Assembly: GCA_001189155.1 (NCBI GenBank)
Contig: LFCP01000004.1
Location: forward strand, 68,782 to 132,781
From: Parcubacteria bacterium C7867-006
GTDB taxonomy: Bacteria > Patescibacteriota > Minisyncoccia > Phycocordibacterales > DATDWN01
Direction of reading: 5' to 3'
Length of the DNA stretch: 64,000 nt
This document shows positions 38,245-49,433 of this stretch, in pieces. Position 1 is the first letter of the stretch. Each line of letters begins with the position of its first letter. The notes under the pieces are model-generated. The model ran no database searches, was not told the origin of the DNA, and was given only the letters and a program-made list of their open reading frames with translations. The position numbers and the translations under genes were made by a program.

Positions 38245-39669
38245 TTATTGTCTCACACCCTCTTCAGCTAAAATTTCCTCTGAAACTTTTTCCTGCAAAA
38301 TAGTTTCCTCTGTAAGTTTTGTTTTCTTCCAATCCCCTTTCATATACCAAGCTATAGTTATAAAACACATAACTATATTTGTAACAGAAAACGACCACCA
38401 GAGCCCCTGAATTCCTAACGCAGTGTGCTTTGAAAGAATGTATGCAAGTGGAAACTGCAATACCCATTGTGAAAGCAAGGCCAGAACCATTGAAACTTTC
38501 ATATTGCCAGATGCCCTGAACACACCGTTGAGAGAAAACTGAACTGCCATAAAACCCCAAGAAAGAGAAACAATCCTCAAAAATACGGCACCAGCATTTA
38601 TAACATCAACATCGTTAGGAACGAAAAATGCTATTATCTTTTTTGCCCAAATGAAAATCACTAAACCAAAAAATGTCATTGACCAAAAACTAATCCACCC
38701 ACCTATGCGACCTATTTCACTCGCTCTCTTTAGATTTTTCGCGCCGATGTTCTGACCAACTAGTGTTGAGATTGCCATAGACACTCCCATCATCGGAATG
38801 ATAACAACCTGAAGTATGTTTGAGCCAGCTCCATACGCCGCGACAGTGAGAGTTCCGAAACTAGCTATCAAAAAAGTAATAATTGTAAAACCTAGAGACC
38901 TTGCAGACTGTTCAATGGATGCAGGAAAACCGAGGAAAAACGCTCGTTTTATAAAAGTAAAATCTGGTTTGAAATCAGAAAGCGAAAGATGTATTCCGTA
39001 TTTACCATGCAGGAGAACAAACAGACCAATGATGGCAGCGATGCTTTGTGTTCCTAGCGTAGCAACAGCAGCACCCATAACACCCATCGCTGGGATAAAT
39101 TTCCAACCAAAAATAAACAGTGGGTCCAGAGCAAAGTTTAGAAGTACAGTGCCGAGAACTATGTACACAGGAAGTTTTGTCTCACCCGCCCCACGCATAA
39201 CAGACTGAAACATAAAGAAAAAGAAGTTGAAAACAAGACCAACAAAACTTACTCGCATAAAACCGAGTGCTCCAGCATAAACATCTGGAGCAACTCCCAT
39301 CATTTTCAAAATCATCGGGGTCAAAACATAACCAGCAATACCTATCACAGTAGAAACAACAACTATCATGAGCAGAGTTTGTGAGGCAACATGGTCAACC
39401 ATTTTTTGGTTCTTTGCGCCGAAATACTGTGCTATGAGGGTCGACCCAGCAATAGCAAAACCGATTCCCAGTGACATGCTGAAAAAAGCTATCGGACCTG
39501 AAACAGCGACCGAAGCTACAGCCGTACCACCAAGTCTTCCGACCCAAAATGCATCTGTTAACTGATACCCCGCCTGCAATATGTTTGCGAGGATTATTGG
39601 AACAGAAAGTGTGATAAGTGATTTTATAATCGGTCCCTCTAAAAGCTCTTTTCTTTTTTGATCATGCAT
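38245..39669 (-). CDS. MATE family efflux transporter
   Basis: 12 TM, MATE repeat organisation. Confidence 0.85.
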   Translation of the reverse strand: MHDQKRKELLEGPIIKSLITLSVPIILANILQAGYQLTDAFWVGRLGGTAVASVAVSGPIAFFSMSLGIGFAIAGSTLIAQYFGAKNQKMVDHVASQTLLMIVVVSTVIGIAGYVLTPMILKMMGVAPDVYAGALGFMRVSFVGLVFNFFFFMFQSVMRGAGETKLPVYIVLGTVLLNFALDPLFIFGWKFIPAMGVMGAAVATLGTQSIAAIIGLFVLLHGKYGIHLSLSDFKPDFTFIKRAFFLGFPASIEQSARSLGFTIITFLIASFGTLTVAAYGAGSNILQVVIIPMMGVSMAISTLVGQNIGAKNLKRASEIGRIGGWISFWSMTFFGLVIFIWAKKIIAFFVPNDVDVINAGAVFLRIVSLSWGFMAVQFSLNGVFRASGNMKVSMVLALLSQWVLQFPLAYILSKHTALGIQGLWWSFSVTNIVMCFITIAWYMKGDWKKTKLTEETILQEKVSEEILAEEGVRQ

Positions 39670-39762
39670 AATATTTTTGATTATATCAGATTTTTATTAA
39701 ATCTATGATGTTTTATCTTCCATAACTTCCATAAAACTCATTTTTATGTTATTTTTTCACAA

Positions 39763-41256
39763 ATGAATGATAAATTTTTTTGTGCAATATCTTATAATGT
39801 TCATGATTCTTCAGTTTCATTTGCCCAAAATAACAAAGTAGTATTAGTTTTAGAAGCAGAAAGAATATTTAGAGTAAAAAGAAAGAGGTGCGATGAAAGT
39901 GAGATGGACGAACTAATAAAACATGGGCTTACATACCTAGGTATAAAAATAGAAGATATAAGTTATTGGACAATGACAACACTCCAAAACCCTATTTTAT
40001 TTCAAAAGGAAAATATTTTTGAAGAATCAACAGGGTTACCTAAAGACCCCTACTGGAAGAAATTTAAAATTTGTGGAGATGAAAAAAATGTACTAATTAT
40101 AAATCATCACTTGGCACACGCTGCTTCATACTTAATGTCTGATTTTAATAATGCAATAATCACCACGTGTGATGGGGGTGGAGACTACAACGAAAAAAAT
40201 GGACTGTCTGAATGTGTAGCCGTTTTTGCAGGAAATAATAATAAAATTGAAAGGATTAATGTCAACCTAGAAAATCATATAAGTGGCAAATTTTATGGTG
40301 CATGTTCATATTTTTTATATGGAGATATACATTGTGAAGGAAAAATGATGGCCCTTATTGCCTACGGCAAACCAAACGAGTCTGTTATTTCAAAGTTGAA
40401 AGAGAATTTCAAAAATTTAAATAGTTACTCTTTTGAACAGAGTATGGGTATCTTAAAAAAACTATTTCCAGACATTACCTCTGGCAATATATCAGTATCC
40501 GATAAAAATGTAGTTGATTTTGCTTCTTCAGTTCAAAAACTATTTTGTGATACAAGAATTGAAAACATTAAAAACATAGTTAGCTTGAGTAAAAGCTCTA
40601 ATTTGGTTATGGCTGGGGGAGTTAGTTTAAATTTGGATCTAAATACTGAAATTATAAATTCATTTAGCAATATGAAACATTTTATTGCACCTTGTTGCGA
40701 TGATACTGGGCAATCTTTGGGTGCTTTATGTTATTTAATTAGTGAAGTAACAGGACAAAAACCAGTGATTGAACTTCCCTACCTCGGTGTGGGAGAAGAA
40801 AATGTATATTACAATAATCTTGATATTGAAAAAGCGGTCCAAACTTTATTAGATGATGGTATCGTAGTTCTTCATAATGGAAAAGCTGAGATTGGACCAA
40901 GATCATTAGGAAACAGATCTTTAATTGCACGACCTGATAAAATTGAAATTAAGAGAAAGCTTAGTGAGAACATAAAACAAAGGGAGGGCTATAGGCCAAT
41001 TGCTCCTGTAGTTTTAGAAGATAAAGTTAATGACTACTTTATTGGTCCAAAATCTTCACCATATATGCTATATAAATACCAGGTTAAAGGTTCAATTAAA
41101 GAAAAAATTATAGGTGCAACTCATAATGACGGTAGTGCAAGAGCCCAGACAGTTAGTAAAAGTAGTAATGCTTTTTTATATGACTTAATAAGGTCATTTG
41201 GAGAAAAAACCGGTATTTATGTTTTACTAAATACATCTTTAAATTTAAAAGGTTAA
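39763..41256 (+). CDS. carbamoyltransferase (NodU/CmcH/TobZ family)
   Basis: N-terminal Kae1-like domain with HHLAHAASY motif, C-terminal carbamoyltransferase domain. Confidence 0.8.
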   Translation: MNDKFFCAISYNVHDSSVSFAQNNKVVLVLEAERIFRVKRKRCDESEMDELIKHGLTYLGIKIEDISYWTMTTLQNPILFQKENIFEESTGLPKDPYWKKFKICGDEKNVLIINHHLAHAASYLMSDFNNAIITTCDGGGDYNEKNGLSECVAVFAGNNNKIERINVNLENHISGKFYGACSYFLYGDIHCEGKMMALIAYGKPNESVISKLKENFKNLNSYSFEQSMGILKKLFPDITSGNISVSDKNVVDFASSVQKLFCDTRIENIKNIVSLSKSSNLVMAGGVSLNLDLNTEIINSFSNMKHFIAPCCDDTGQSLGALCYLISEVTGQKPVIELPYLGVGEENVYYNNLDIEKAVQTLLDDGIVVLHNGKAEIGPRSLGNRSLIARPDKIEIKRKLSENIKQREGYRPIAPVVLEDKVNDYFIGPKSSPYMLYKYQVKGSIKEKIIGATHNDGSARAQTVSKSSNAFLYDLIRSFGEKTGIYVLLNTSLNLKG

Positions 41257-41329
41257 GACTCCGTTGCAATTTATAACAAAATAGAGGGAAAGAAAGATTT
41301 AGTCTATAATGGAAAAGTCCAATAATATC

Positions 41330-42358
41330 TTATTTTAATTTAAGTACCAATATCTTTGTTGGTAAATATTGATTCTCAGATGTAATAAGATTAATACCTA
41401 ACGATTGAATAATTATAAAATTTGAACTTTCAATCACTTTTTCAAAGATCTTAAATTCACTAGTATATACGGCCACTACACCGTTTGGGTTAAGATGCTG
41501 TTCAGCATAATCGATAAAAGTCTTATAAAGTTTATCCAAATCTTCATTTTTAGAAATAACCATACCAAAAGGCAAATCAGATACTATTACATCAAATTTT
41601 CCAAAATCTGGATTATTAAATATATTAGCTTCCTTAACTGTAATTTTTTTTATCAATTCAGCGCTTTTTATATTCTGAATTGAAAGAGACAAATGTTCTT
41701 TATTGATATCAAATCCAATCAATGTATCCAAGTTTGAGTAACTCAGTCCTGCTTCTATAAGCAGAGTAGCACTTCCAGAAAATACATTTAGATATGTTTT
41801 AGCTTGCTCCAAGTTACACATAGAATTTAATGAATAAGCAATGGTAGGATCCATGGCTCCACTCATATTTCTCACCTTATATGCTCTAAAAGATAAAGGC
41901 CTAGGTGTAATCTGTATCCCAACTTCCCAAATTTCATCAATTTTTATTATGTGAATTTTTATATCAGACTCATCTTTTTTTGATAATTTAAAAGTATCTT
42001 CAATATAACTATTAATTTCGTTTACTTCAACGGAGTCAGAACCTGCGCAGGTAATTTTAAAGGTTCTAAAGGCACCTGGCTCATTACGACTCATTACCAT
42101 TTCAAGCAAACTACCTAGTAGCGATTTATGATTTGAAACATACATAGGATTGTACTTTGAACCACGAATAACAATATATGCCCTAGCAACACTTCTTAAG
42201 CTTCTAACTAAATTAAAATCATCAATAAAATCTAAATAGATTGAGTCGTTATTTTTTTCTATTACAGAAAATTTTGAATATTTATTAATCTCATCCAATA
42301 CGACACCTTGCAAACCAGGAATAAAAGATAGCTTTAGTTCTAATTTTTCTTCGTTCAT
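41330..42358 (-). CDS. THUMP-domain N6/N2-type methyltransferase (RlmL/Trm14-like)
   Basis: SGSATLLIEAG SAM motif, DLPFG (DPPY-class) motif. Confidence 0.55.
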   Translation of the reverse strand: MNEEKLELKLSFIPGLQGVVLDEINKYSKFSVIEKNNDSIYLDFIDDFNLVRSLRSVARAYIVIRGSKYNPMYVSNHKSLLGSLLEMVMSRNEPGAFRTFKITCAGSDSVEVNEINSYIEDTFKLSKKDESDIKIHIIKIDEIWEVGIQITPRPLSFRAYKVRNMSGAMDPTIAYSLNSMCNLEQAKTYLNVFSGSATLLIEAGLSYSNLDTLIGFDINKEHLSLSIQNIKSAELIKKITVKEANIFNNPDFGKFDVIVSDLPFGMVISKNEDLDKLYKTFIDYAEQHLNPNGVVAVYTSEFKIFEKVIESSNFIIIQSLGINLITSENQYLPTKILVLKLK

Positions 42359-44094
42359 ATATTGTTTTTAATTATACCAAAAACCTCGTTCACTCGAATC
42401 CTATGCATACAAAACTCCTCGCAACAATCAATTTCCTCACTTCTAGTATGGTGTTTGCATAGCTTATGCCTATTTTTATCGTAAATCGAAAAACAATTTT
42501 CTCCTAATATTAAATACTCTGGTCGTGTTGCTCCAAAAATAATAAAAGATTTTTTATTAAAGCTTTGTGCTATTATTGCTGGTCCAGAATCATTTCCAAC
42601 AAAAAACTTACAGTGCCTAACTAAAGACAGCATTTCTTTAAAAGAGTAGCTCTTCTCGAGCATAATACATTTTATCTTATACTCGGATTCTAATAAATTT
42701 TTTAATTCAGTATATTTATCATAACCCCAATTTCTTTTTTTTGCTTCCCAATCACTTGTAAAAGGTGCGATTAAAATATAATCCTCACCAACCACGTCCT
42801 CCCAGTCTTTATTTATAATAGGAATATTATTATTCACAACTTCATCAAAACCAATTGATTCCATATAACCCTGAATGTAACTTCTTTTGTTGTCACTAAG
42901 TTCATATACAAGCTTAACTTTTATTTCACAATCAATTTTATTTGAGTTAATATCACGATACTTATATATCTCATCATATTCATTAATTACTGAATAAATT
43001 TCAGAAATATCTGTGGCTAGGCAAACTTTATTAACATATTTTGATAAAAATCTGGCAATTGGTTCAGTCATTATAACGTCACCCAAATTACGATCCCTAA
43101 CCAAGCAAACTGATTTTATTTTACCACTTTCAATTTTTTCTCTAAAATACTTCCTATACCATATAGACAAGGTTGTATCATAAATTATTCTATCATTTGG
43201 AATGATTGTTCCCCAAAAAGTTCTGTGCTCAAAAAACCATCTTTTATTAATTTCGTCCAAATTATTCTTAAACTTTTTTACATACTCTCTAATAGTCATT
43301 ATCCTTTCAAGCCAGGGGGCATCATCTTTTGATGTTGAGTCATTTTCATACGTTGCCATTTTTTCCCATTTTTTATAAATAGCGTCAGCATTATTTCTAA
43401 ATTCAAAGTGCAACAATTTAGCTTCATGAAATGGTACTATATAGGGATTCCAGTTGTAATCACCAAAAAAATCAAGATTGTTTTCGGTTTTTACATAATG
43501 TCCACTAACAACAATCTCCATATTTTGATGATTTTTTACAAGCGCTTTTCTAAAATGCCCATGTTCTTGCCAATCTCTTTCTGGCCAAGGAAAATAAAAT
43601 TTTGTAGTATCTATTGAAGTCACTGGCGAACATCTATAATCAGACAAAGTATTATCAAATAAAGCATTCACCCAACCAACGGTCGCATATGGTATGTTAT
43701 TGTCTTCTAATCTATTAATAAATGAATGGATTGAATTATCTCTAACTGACATAAATTCATCAGCATCCAAAAAAACAAACCAGTCGATTTTATAATTTGC
43801 ATTAATGTGGTCGAGTATTTTCTTTTGAATAATTGCGTGATCAAAAACTGGATCGTTCTCCTCAATGACAATTACTTTTGGATTATCTTTATATAAATTG
43901 AGTATTCCCTTGGTGCCATCAGTTGAGCAATGATTAGCTATAAAAATATAATCAAAACCAAGATTAAGATGGTATGAAATATTGAAATCAATATATGATT
44001 CTTCGTCTCTTACAGACATAAGAATAGCGACTTTTTGGTCATTTTGCATATGCCCAATACTAGCATTTGTGTTAAAATTTTGAAACTTAATCAA
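42355..44094 (-). CDS. bifunctional glycosyltransferase: N-terminal GT2-like domain fused to C-terminal GT9 (heptosyltransferase-like) domain
   Basis: N-terminal nucleotide-sugar transferase fold motifs; C-terminal LGDVIMTEP...FVGNDSGPAII GT9 signature. Confidence 0.65.
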   Translation of the reverse strand: MIKFQNFNTNASIGHMQNDQKVAILMSVRDEESYIDFNISYHLNLGFDYIFIANHCSTDGTKGILNLYKDNPKVIVIEENDPVFDHAIIQKKILDHINANYKIDWFVFLDADEFMSVRDNSIHSFINRLEDNNIPYATVGWVNALFDNTLSDYRCSPVTSIDTTKFYFPWPERDWQEHGHFRKALVKNHQNMEIVVSGHYVKTENNLDFFGDYNWNPYIVPFHEAKLLHFEFRNNADAIYKKWEKMATYENDSTSKDDAPWLERIMTIREYVKKFKNNLDEINKRWFFEHRTFWGTIIPNDRIIYDTTLSIWYRKYFREKIESGKIKSVCLVRDRNLGDVIMTEPIARFLSKYVNKVCLATDISEIYSVINEYDEIYKYRDINSNKIDCEIKVKLVYELSDNKRSYIQGYMESIGFDEVVNNNIPIINKDWEDVVGEDYILIAPFTSDWEAKKRNWGYDKYTELKNLLESEYKIKCIMLEKSYSFKEMLSLVRHCKFFVGNDSGPAIIAQSFNKKSFIIFGATRPEYLILGENCFSIYDKNRHKLCKHHTRSEEIDCCEEFCMHRIRVNEVFGIIKNNI

Positions 44095-44872
44095 TAAGAC
44101 CGTCTAAATATTTTTTAAACTTATAAAAAGCAGGATGATCAGGGTAAACAGCGTGAAGTAAGGTTATGCCTTCCAAATTTTCAATGTCCTGATTTTCGTT
44201 TTCACCAACAAGAATATATTTATCCTTCGGTAATACATATAACTCTCCACTCTTAAAATATTTAGTAAGTGCAATTGCTAGCGCACCCTGTTCATCGTGC
44301 CAAGTTTGATCACTTTCTTTTATATTATTTTTCCACCATTTAAATTCAATCATTAAATCTTTTGAGATGTCATACCCAGCTTTCTGTATAAAAAAACCGG
44401 CATTTACAAAGGGTGTATCTTGACTAGCCCTATTACTCATCGCCCCAAGTTGCCAAGATTGGCCAAAAAATTCATCCATAATAGCAAATTTCATATTATC
44501 ATCAGATAAAAATTTATCGATTTCTTCCGGATATTTTAATAAAAAAACATCTGAATCAATATGAAATTCAGTTTGCTTGTTATCCAATCTTGATGTGGGG
44601 CACCATTTCATCCAAGTGGCTTTAGATGGTATACAAAAAAAACAACTACTCTCAGATTGTAATTCTCTAACATCGACACCACCATCAAGATAATCTAAGA
44701 CTCGCTTTGTGTTGTCTGTATAAACAATATATTGATGATTATTTCCGAAGTATTTTTTGAATGAGAGGACGCTGAAACGAAGTAAATCAATATTTTTTGA
44801 GACGTGACTACCCCATATTGACCATCGAAAAATCATTTTGTAATTGTAGCATAATTGTGAAAGTCTAAACAA
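44087..44872 (-). CDS. hypothetical protein, possible nucleotide-diphospho-sugar transferase
   Basis: weak DxD-like HIDSDVF; cluster context. Confidence 0.3.
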   Translation of the reverse strand: MFRLSQLCYNYKMIFRWSIWGSHVSKNIDLLRFSVLSFKKYFGNNHQYIVYTDNTKRVLDYLDGGVDVRELQSESSCFFCIPSKATWMKWCPTSRLDNKQTEFHIDSDVFLLKYPEEIDKFLSDDNMKFAIMDEFFGQSWQLGAMSNRASQDTPFVNAGFFIQKAGYDISKDLMIEFKWWKNNIKESDQTWHDEQGALAIALTKYFKSGELYVLPKDKYILVGENENQDIENLEGITLLHAVYPDHPAFYKFKKYLDGLID

Positions 44873-44898
44873 TTTTTATTCATACGATATTTTGTAAA

Positions 44899-45639
44899 TC
44901 ATATTACTATTTTATCGGGCTTCCAATATTTTTTTACTTTCTTTTTGAAATCTTGATAAGATTTAAATATTTCTGGGTGATTTTTATTCTCCTCCATCCA
45001 TTTATCTAAATTTGTATATAATCCATGAAATCCAAATTGCTTGTCATATATATCATCATCTCCCTCTAAAGCAAACCTCCTAGCCAGCTCCACCGGGGCA
45101 AACCTTATTCCTTCTGAAGTTAATAAATCTCTGTACCAAACACACAACGCTATATCTTCAGGATGGTAAGTTTTAAATACCCCACTCAAATACATCCTTG
45201 AAGAAACTTCAAGAAATTTCCTACTTCTAATACAAAAACCTCCATTACCAACTATACGTGTATTTCTTAGGTTCTCTGGGAATCCAAAATCGTATATTGA
45301 CCAGTCCTTAACGATCCACGGAGAGCCTATGTAATCATAATCAAGAAAATCATTAGTCCAGCTATTTGGATTTAGAACAAACCCATCCCACTGAATAAGT
45401 AACACGAACTCGGTTTCTACGTATTTTTTTAAATCACTGAGACAAAATTTAGAAAAATCTTCATAACTAGATATTTTGCCAATTTTTACCCACCTTTTAT
45501 CATCAATATAGTCTGAACTTAAAATCTTTGACTTGGCAAAAAAAATTTTTTCTTCACATAAATCCATAACTTTTTGCAGTCTAGAAGCATCAACACAATC
45601 TATTCCAAGCAATGTTACATTTTCTAACTTTAATTTCAT
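44899..45639 (-). CDS. hypothetical protein (DUF5672-like) in glycosylation cluster
   Basis: ORF, context. Confidence 0.3.
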   Translation of the reverse strand: MKLKLENVTLLGIDCVDASRLQKVMDLCEEKIFFAKSKILSSDYIDDKRWVKIGKISSYEDFSKFCLSDLKKYVETEFVLLIQWDGFVLNPNSWTNDFLDYDYIGSPWIVKDWSIYDFGFPENLRNTRIVGNGGFCIRSRKFLEVSSRMYLSGVFKTYHPEDIALCVWYRDLLTSEGIRFAPVELARRFALEGDDDIYDKQFGFHGLYTNLDKWMEENKNHPEIFKSYQDFKKKVKKYWKPDKIVI

Positions 45640-45665
45640 ATAAAATTGCTTTACTAATTACTTAT

Positions 45666-46634
45666 TTATAAAAAATTGGTCATTATCATCTTAAACGTAT
45701 CAAAATTATTACTAAGATACGAGATAGTTTTTAAATCATCAGACAATAACCTATATAGCATTGATAAATTTTTAGCATTTTTCTCTAATATCTTATCTTC
45801 ATACCACGTATTCATTATCATATTATCATACAAATAAAAACTAATGGTCATACTTACTTTTTCATAAGATATACTTGATTTACTTAAATACCCCCTACAA
45901 AATGATTCCGCATAACCAAAGCTTCTTTTAGTAAATTTACTTTGAAAACAAACAGAAAATATTGTTCTTATTAAGTCTAATTCCCTGTTCCCAACTCTTG
46001 AGTGCTCAAAATCAAACAACAAAAATTTATTATTTTTTGTCAAAATGTTCTTAAGATGAAAATCACCGTGAAGATAAGAATTTTTAGGTGGATATTTTAA
46101 ATTTAAAATTTCCACCCTACTTTTTTTAAGACATGAGATTTTTTTATTTAACGATTTAATAACTTTAGAATTATTATTTATTCCACTTCTTAAAATAAAC
46201 TTTTTGTAATTTATATCAAATAAATTAGATGAAACCTTATCCCATTTACCATTATTGAAATTAATGGATCCAAAATTGTGCAATTCCCCCAAGAAAGCTC
46301 CTGCCAAGAATAATCTATTCTTATTTCTTCTTAAAATTTCACCACCACTTATATATGGATAAAGAACACCAGCACGCTTTTTATCAATCCTAATATAATA
46401 TGAATCGTTTGTATTTTTTAGTGGTAATATTACATCAAACCCACCTCTTCTAAAACGTTTCTCAAAATTTAAGATCGATTCAACCCAGTTCAAATCATAT
46501 GTTTTAAACAAAAAAACATTTCCATTATTGCGTATAATATATTTCTCGTTTAGCCCTCTATTGTAATAACTAGCCGTAATTGGTTTTGAATTAAAATATT
46601 TTCTCTTTATTTTCTTGAGTAAATTTGTATTCAT
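45666..46634 (-). CDS. aminoglycoside phosphotransferase (APH)/choline-kinase-like kinase
   Basis: HGDFHLKNIL catalytic loop, DFE metal site. Confidence 0.6.
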   Translation of the reverse strand: MNTNLLKKIKRKYFNSKPITASYYNRGLNEKYIIRNNGNVFLFKTYDLNWVESILNFEKRFRRGGFDVILPLKNTNDSYYIRIDKKRAGVLYPYISGGEILRRNKNRLFLAGAFLGELHNFGSINFNNGKWDKVSSNLFDINYKKFILRSGINNNSKVIKSLNKKISCLKKSRVEILNLKYPPKNSYLHGDFHLKNILTKNNKFLLFDFEHSRVGNRELDLIRTIFSVCFQSKFTKRSFGYAESFCRGYLSKSSISYEKVSMTISFYLYDNMIMNTWYEDKILEKNAKNLSMLYRLLSDDLKTISYLSNNFDTFKMIMTNFL

Positions 46635-47917
46635 CAGAGATTTATATTTACTTTTAAAAAATTAAAAATAATCTTAGAAAAATCAAACTTATCAATAGTT
46701 GTCATACTTTGGTCAATAATACTTCTTTTACTATCGTAATTCATAAGGGATGAGTGAATGATTTTGTCAGCAAATAATTCAGTATCTCTTGGATCAATAT
46801 ATATTGATTCATCAGGATTAAATGCGTCGACTGCACCGTCAATATCACTTATCATTGTTATATAGTTCATATCCTTAGAAAATAATTTGGCCTCAATAGA
46901 AGTATGTGGGAATGGATCCATAAGAGATGGAATACACACCAAATCAGTATTATTTGTTCTTAATATTGTTCTCCAAATTTCAGGATTAAAATCATCTATT
47001 ACTATATACCTAGATGTCTCTGATAAAATTTCCATAACTTCATCAAAATAGTCCTTTTCACCAGAATTATTTGGTATTTGTAATACAAGAAAATGGTCTG
47101 GTAATTTGACACTTGCATTTACCCAAGCCCTTGTCAACTCTTTGAAACCTTTAGCGATTGAGCAACGCCCCCATGAGAAGATGATTTTTTTATTACTATC
47201 AATCTCAATTCCAAACTTTTTCAAATCTTCATTATTAAATTTTTTATCCAGAAATTCATTATATTTTTCGAAACACAATCCATTCTGTAAAAAATCAGAC
47301 TCATTAAAAACTAAACCATAATCTTCTGACATTCTTTCTGAAAATCTTTTTCCCAAAGCAATAGTTTTAGAATTACTGTCTTTTGCAATCAAATCAAAAC
47401 ACATAGTCTCTTCAATTATACGATTATGTCTCCACCCCTCATCTCCAAAAGCATGATTCTTCCCTGTACTCAATGGAAAATAGAAGCACTTTAATTTTTT
47501 ATCATTTACTAATTCTTTATATTTAGCAAAAAACAAAAAAGGGGTATCATTTAAAATAATATAATTTTCCTCATCAAATTTAAGTGTTAAATTTAATGCA
47601 GTAACTAAAGATATAGATGCATAGTCCCATTCTTTAATACTCCTCCACATATCCCACTCACTCTCTCCCTTTGTTGAATTACACAGTGGTATTAGTAGAC
47701 CACCAGTTTTATTGACCAAATTATAACTATCTTCAAAACATTGGCTATTAAACACTTTTGATTGTTTGTTTACATTTATATAAGCAATACTTACTTTAAA
47801 ATCATATGTATCTGAAAGTTTTGTCAGAGCAAAAACTAAATTTTTTGCAATAGTACCAACACCACTGTAATGAGTGCTTATTCCATCATATGTTGCTATG
47901 ATAATATGTTTTTTCAT
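46634..47917 (-). CDS. GT-B fold glycosyltransferase (GT4-like)
   Basis: length, architecture, context. Confidence 0.45.
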   Translation of the reverse strand: MKKHIIIATYDGISTHYSGVGTIAKNLVFALTKLSDTYDFKVSIAYINVNKQSKVFNSQCFEDSYNLVNKTGGLLIPLCNSTKGESEWDMWRSIKEWDYASISLVTALNLTLKFDEENYIILNDTPFLFFAKYKELVNDKKLKCFYFPLSTGKNHAFGDEGWRHNRIIEETMCFDLIAKDSNSKTIALGKRFSERMSEDYGLVFNESDFLQNGLCFEKYNEFLDKKFNNEDLKKFGIEIDSNKKIIFSWGRCSIAKGFKELTRAWVNASVKLPDHFLVLQIPNNSGEKDYFDEVMEILSETSRYIVIDDFNPEIWRTILRTNNTDLVCIPSLMDPFPHTSIEAKLFSKDMNYITMISDIDGAVDAFNPDESIYIDPRDTELFADKIIHSSLMNYDSKRSIIDQSMTTIDKFDFSKIIFNFLKVNINL

Positions 47918-47922
47918 TTTTT

Positions 47923-48477
47923 TTAATTAATTTGGTTATATTTATATAGCATATCCAAAGCTCGTTTTACAATATGGTCACCAATTTCACCCCATTTTAC
48001 GTATTGTCCATAATCTTTAGGGTCAACTAGTTTAATTTCTGTGATATCTACATCGGGGTCAGAAACAAAATCTCCATATGGTTCAACAATACACAATGAA
48101 CGAGTTTGTCTTATAATCCTATCTTTCTCATGTACATCTATATAGCCAATAAGATCTAGGTGTAAAACTTTCATATTTGATTCTTCTTTTACTTCTCTAA
48201 CTGTAGCCTCTTGCCATGTTTCTCCTTTCTCTATTCCACCACCAGGAAAAGTCCAATACCCCTTGTCGCCCGCATAAACCACAACTAACTTGTCGCCATA
48301 AAAACAGAAACCATGAACGGCTTGAAGAATCTTTCCATCGAGCCCATCATTAGGGTCAAAACCTTCTCTATAAACATAATCAACCATCTCTCCATTACGT
48401 CCTTTGAATTGTGATTTTATTTCCATATTTAGATAGTATACCAAAACCCTAAAACTACCGTAGACTACACAAAACAA
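47923..48477 (-). CDS. NUDIX hydrolase (paralog 1)
   Basis: Nudix box GGGIEKGETWQEATVREVKEESNM. Confidence 0.8.
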   Translation of the reverse strand: MFCVVYGSFRVLVYYLNMEIKSQFKGRNGEMVDYVYREGFDPNDGLDGKILQAVHGFCFYGDKLVVVYAGDKGYWTFPGGGIEKGETWQEATVREVKEESNMKVLHLDLIGYIDVHEKDRIIRQTRSLCIVEPYGDFVSDPDVDITEIKLVDPKDYGQYVKWGEIGDHIVKRALDMLYKYNQIN

Positions 48478-48492
48478 AGCTATATTTCATAA

Positions 48493-49413
48493 TTATATTT
48501 TAGAGAAAAAATTATATTTCCGATACATATATGACCGAATAACTCTTTTTTCAGAATTGGGATCTTCAGCTAAATCACAAAAATAAGTAGCGGCATCTGA
48601 CAATAAAGAAAATTTAATCCATGAATACAAATTCTCATTTTTTTCTATTTTAATTTCAGAAACTGAATTATATCCATCCAAAAAGGCATCAAAAATTAAA
48701 AAATTGGGTTCATCAGATCCATCAGGAAACGACCATTCGACCGCAGCAAGAGCAAGATCCTTTATAAGCGGACCAGTGCAGCTCCAATCAAAATCTATAA
48801 TCCCCACCAGATTATCCCCGTTATCAAAAATAACATTCCCTGGTCTATAGTCATTATGGATTAAACCTGTAACTTCATTTTGATTTCTAGCAAATTCTAG
48901 CGAAGACTCGACTTCTTGCACAAATTTCTCACCACCCTCAAATTCTTTTTTAAACTTATCAGATATTTTCAAGACTCTTTCTAATTCAGAAAATATTGTT
49001 CTTTTTCTGGGAGAAACTTGAGAAAAACCAGCCCCTGCATTCCTCATCTCACCCAGACCTCTTCCGGCTGAATATGCGATATTTAATTCCGGTAAATGGT
49101 CTTTGTCTATATTAATATTGTGTCCATCAACATACTCAAACATAACAGCAACCACCTCATTAACAACAGTATAACAATCTCCTTTTAAAGTTTTAATCCA
49201 TTTGGAAAATAGACTAGATTTTTTTGAAAGATATTGATTAGCTTCATATTCAAATTTTATATCCTCAACAGGCAACCTCTTACTTATTCTCAGTACCTTT
49301 TTCTGATCTTCTCCAACTAAATATACAAAATTATCTGCTGACTCTCGCAATAAAACTACAGGAATTGATTCCGGCAAACTATATTCTGATAATACTCTCA
49401 TTATATCTTTCAT
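48493..49413 (-). CDS. APH-family phosphotransferase/kinase
   Basis: HNDYRPGNVIF catalytic loop, IDFDWS motif. Confidence 0.65.
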   Translation of the reverse strand: MKDIMRVLSEYSLPESIPVVLLRESADNFVYLVGEDQKKVLRISKRLPVEDIKFEYEANQYLSKKSSLFSKWIKTLKGDCYTVVNEVVAVMFEYVDGHNINIDKDHLPELNIAYSAGRGLGEMRNAGAGFSQVSPRKRTIFSELERVLKISDKFKKEFEGGEKFVQEVESSLEFARNQNEVTGLIHNDYRPGNVIFDNGDNLVGIIDFDWSCTGPLIKDLALAAVEWSFPDGSDEPNFLIFDAFLDGYNSVSEIKIEKNENLYSWIKFSLLSDAATYFCDLAEDPNSEKRVIRSYMYRKYNFFSKI

Positions 49414-49433
49414 AATTAAAATAGTTTTCTTTA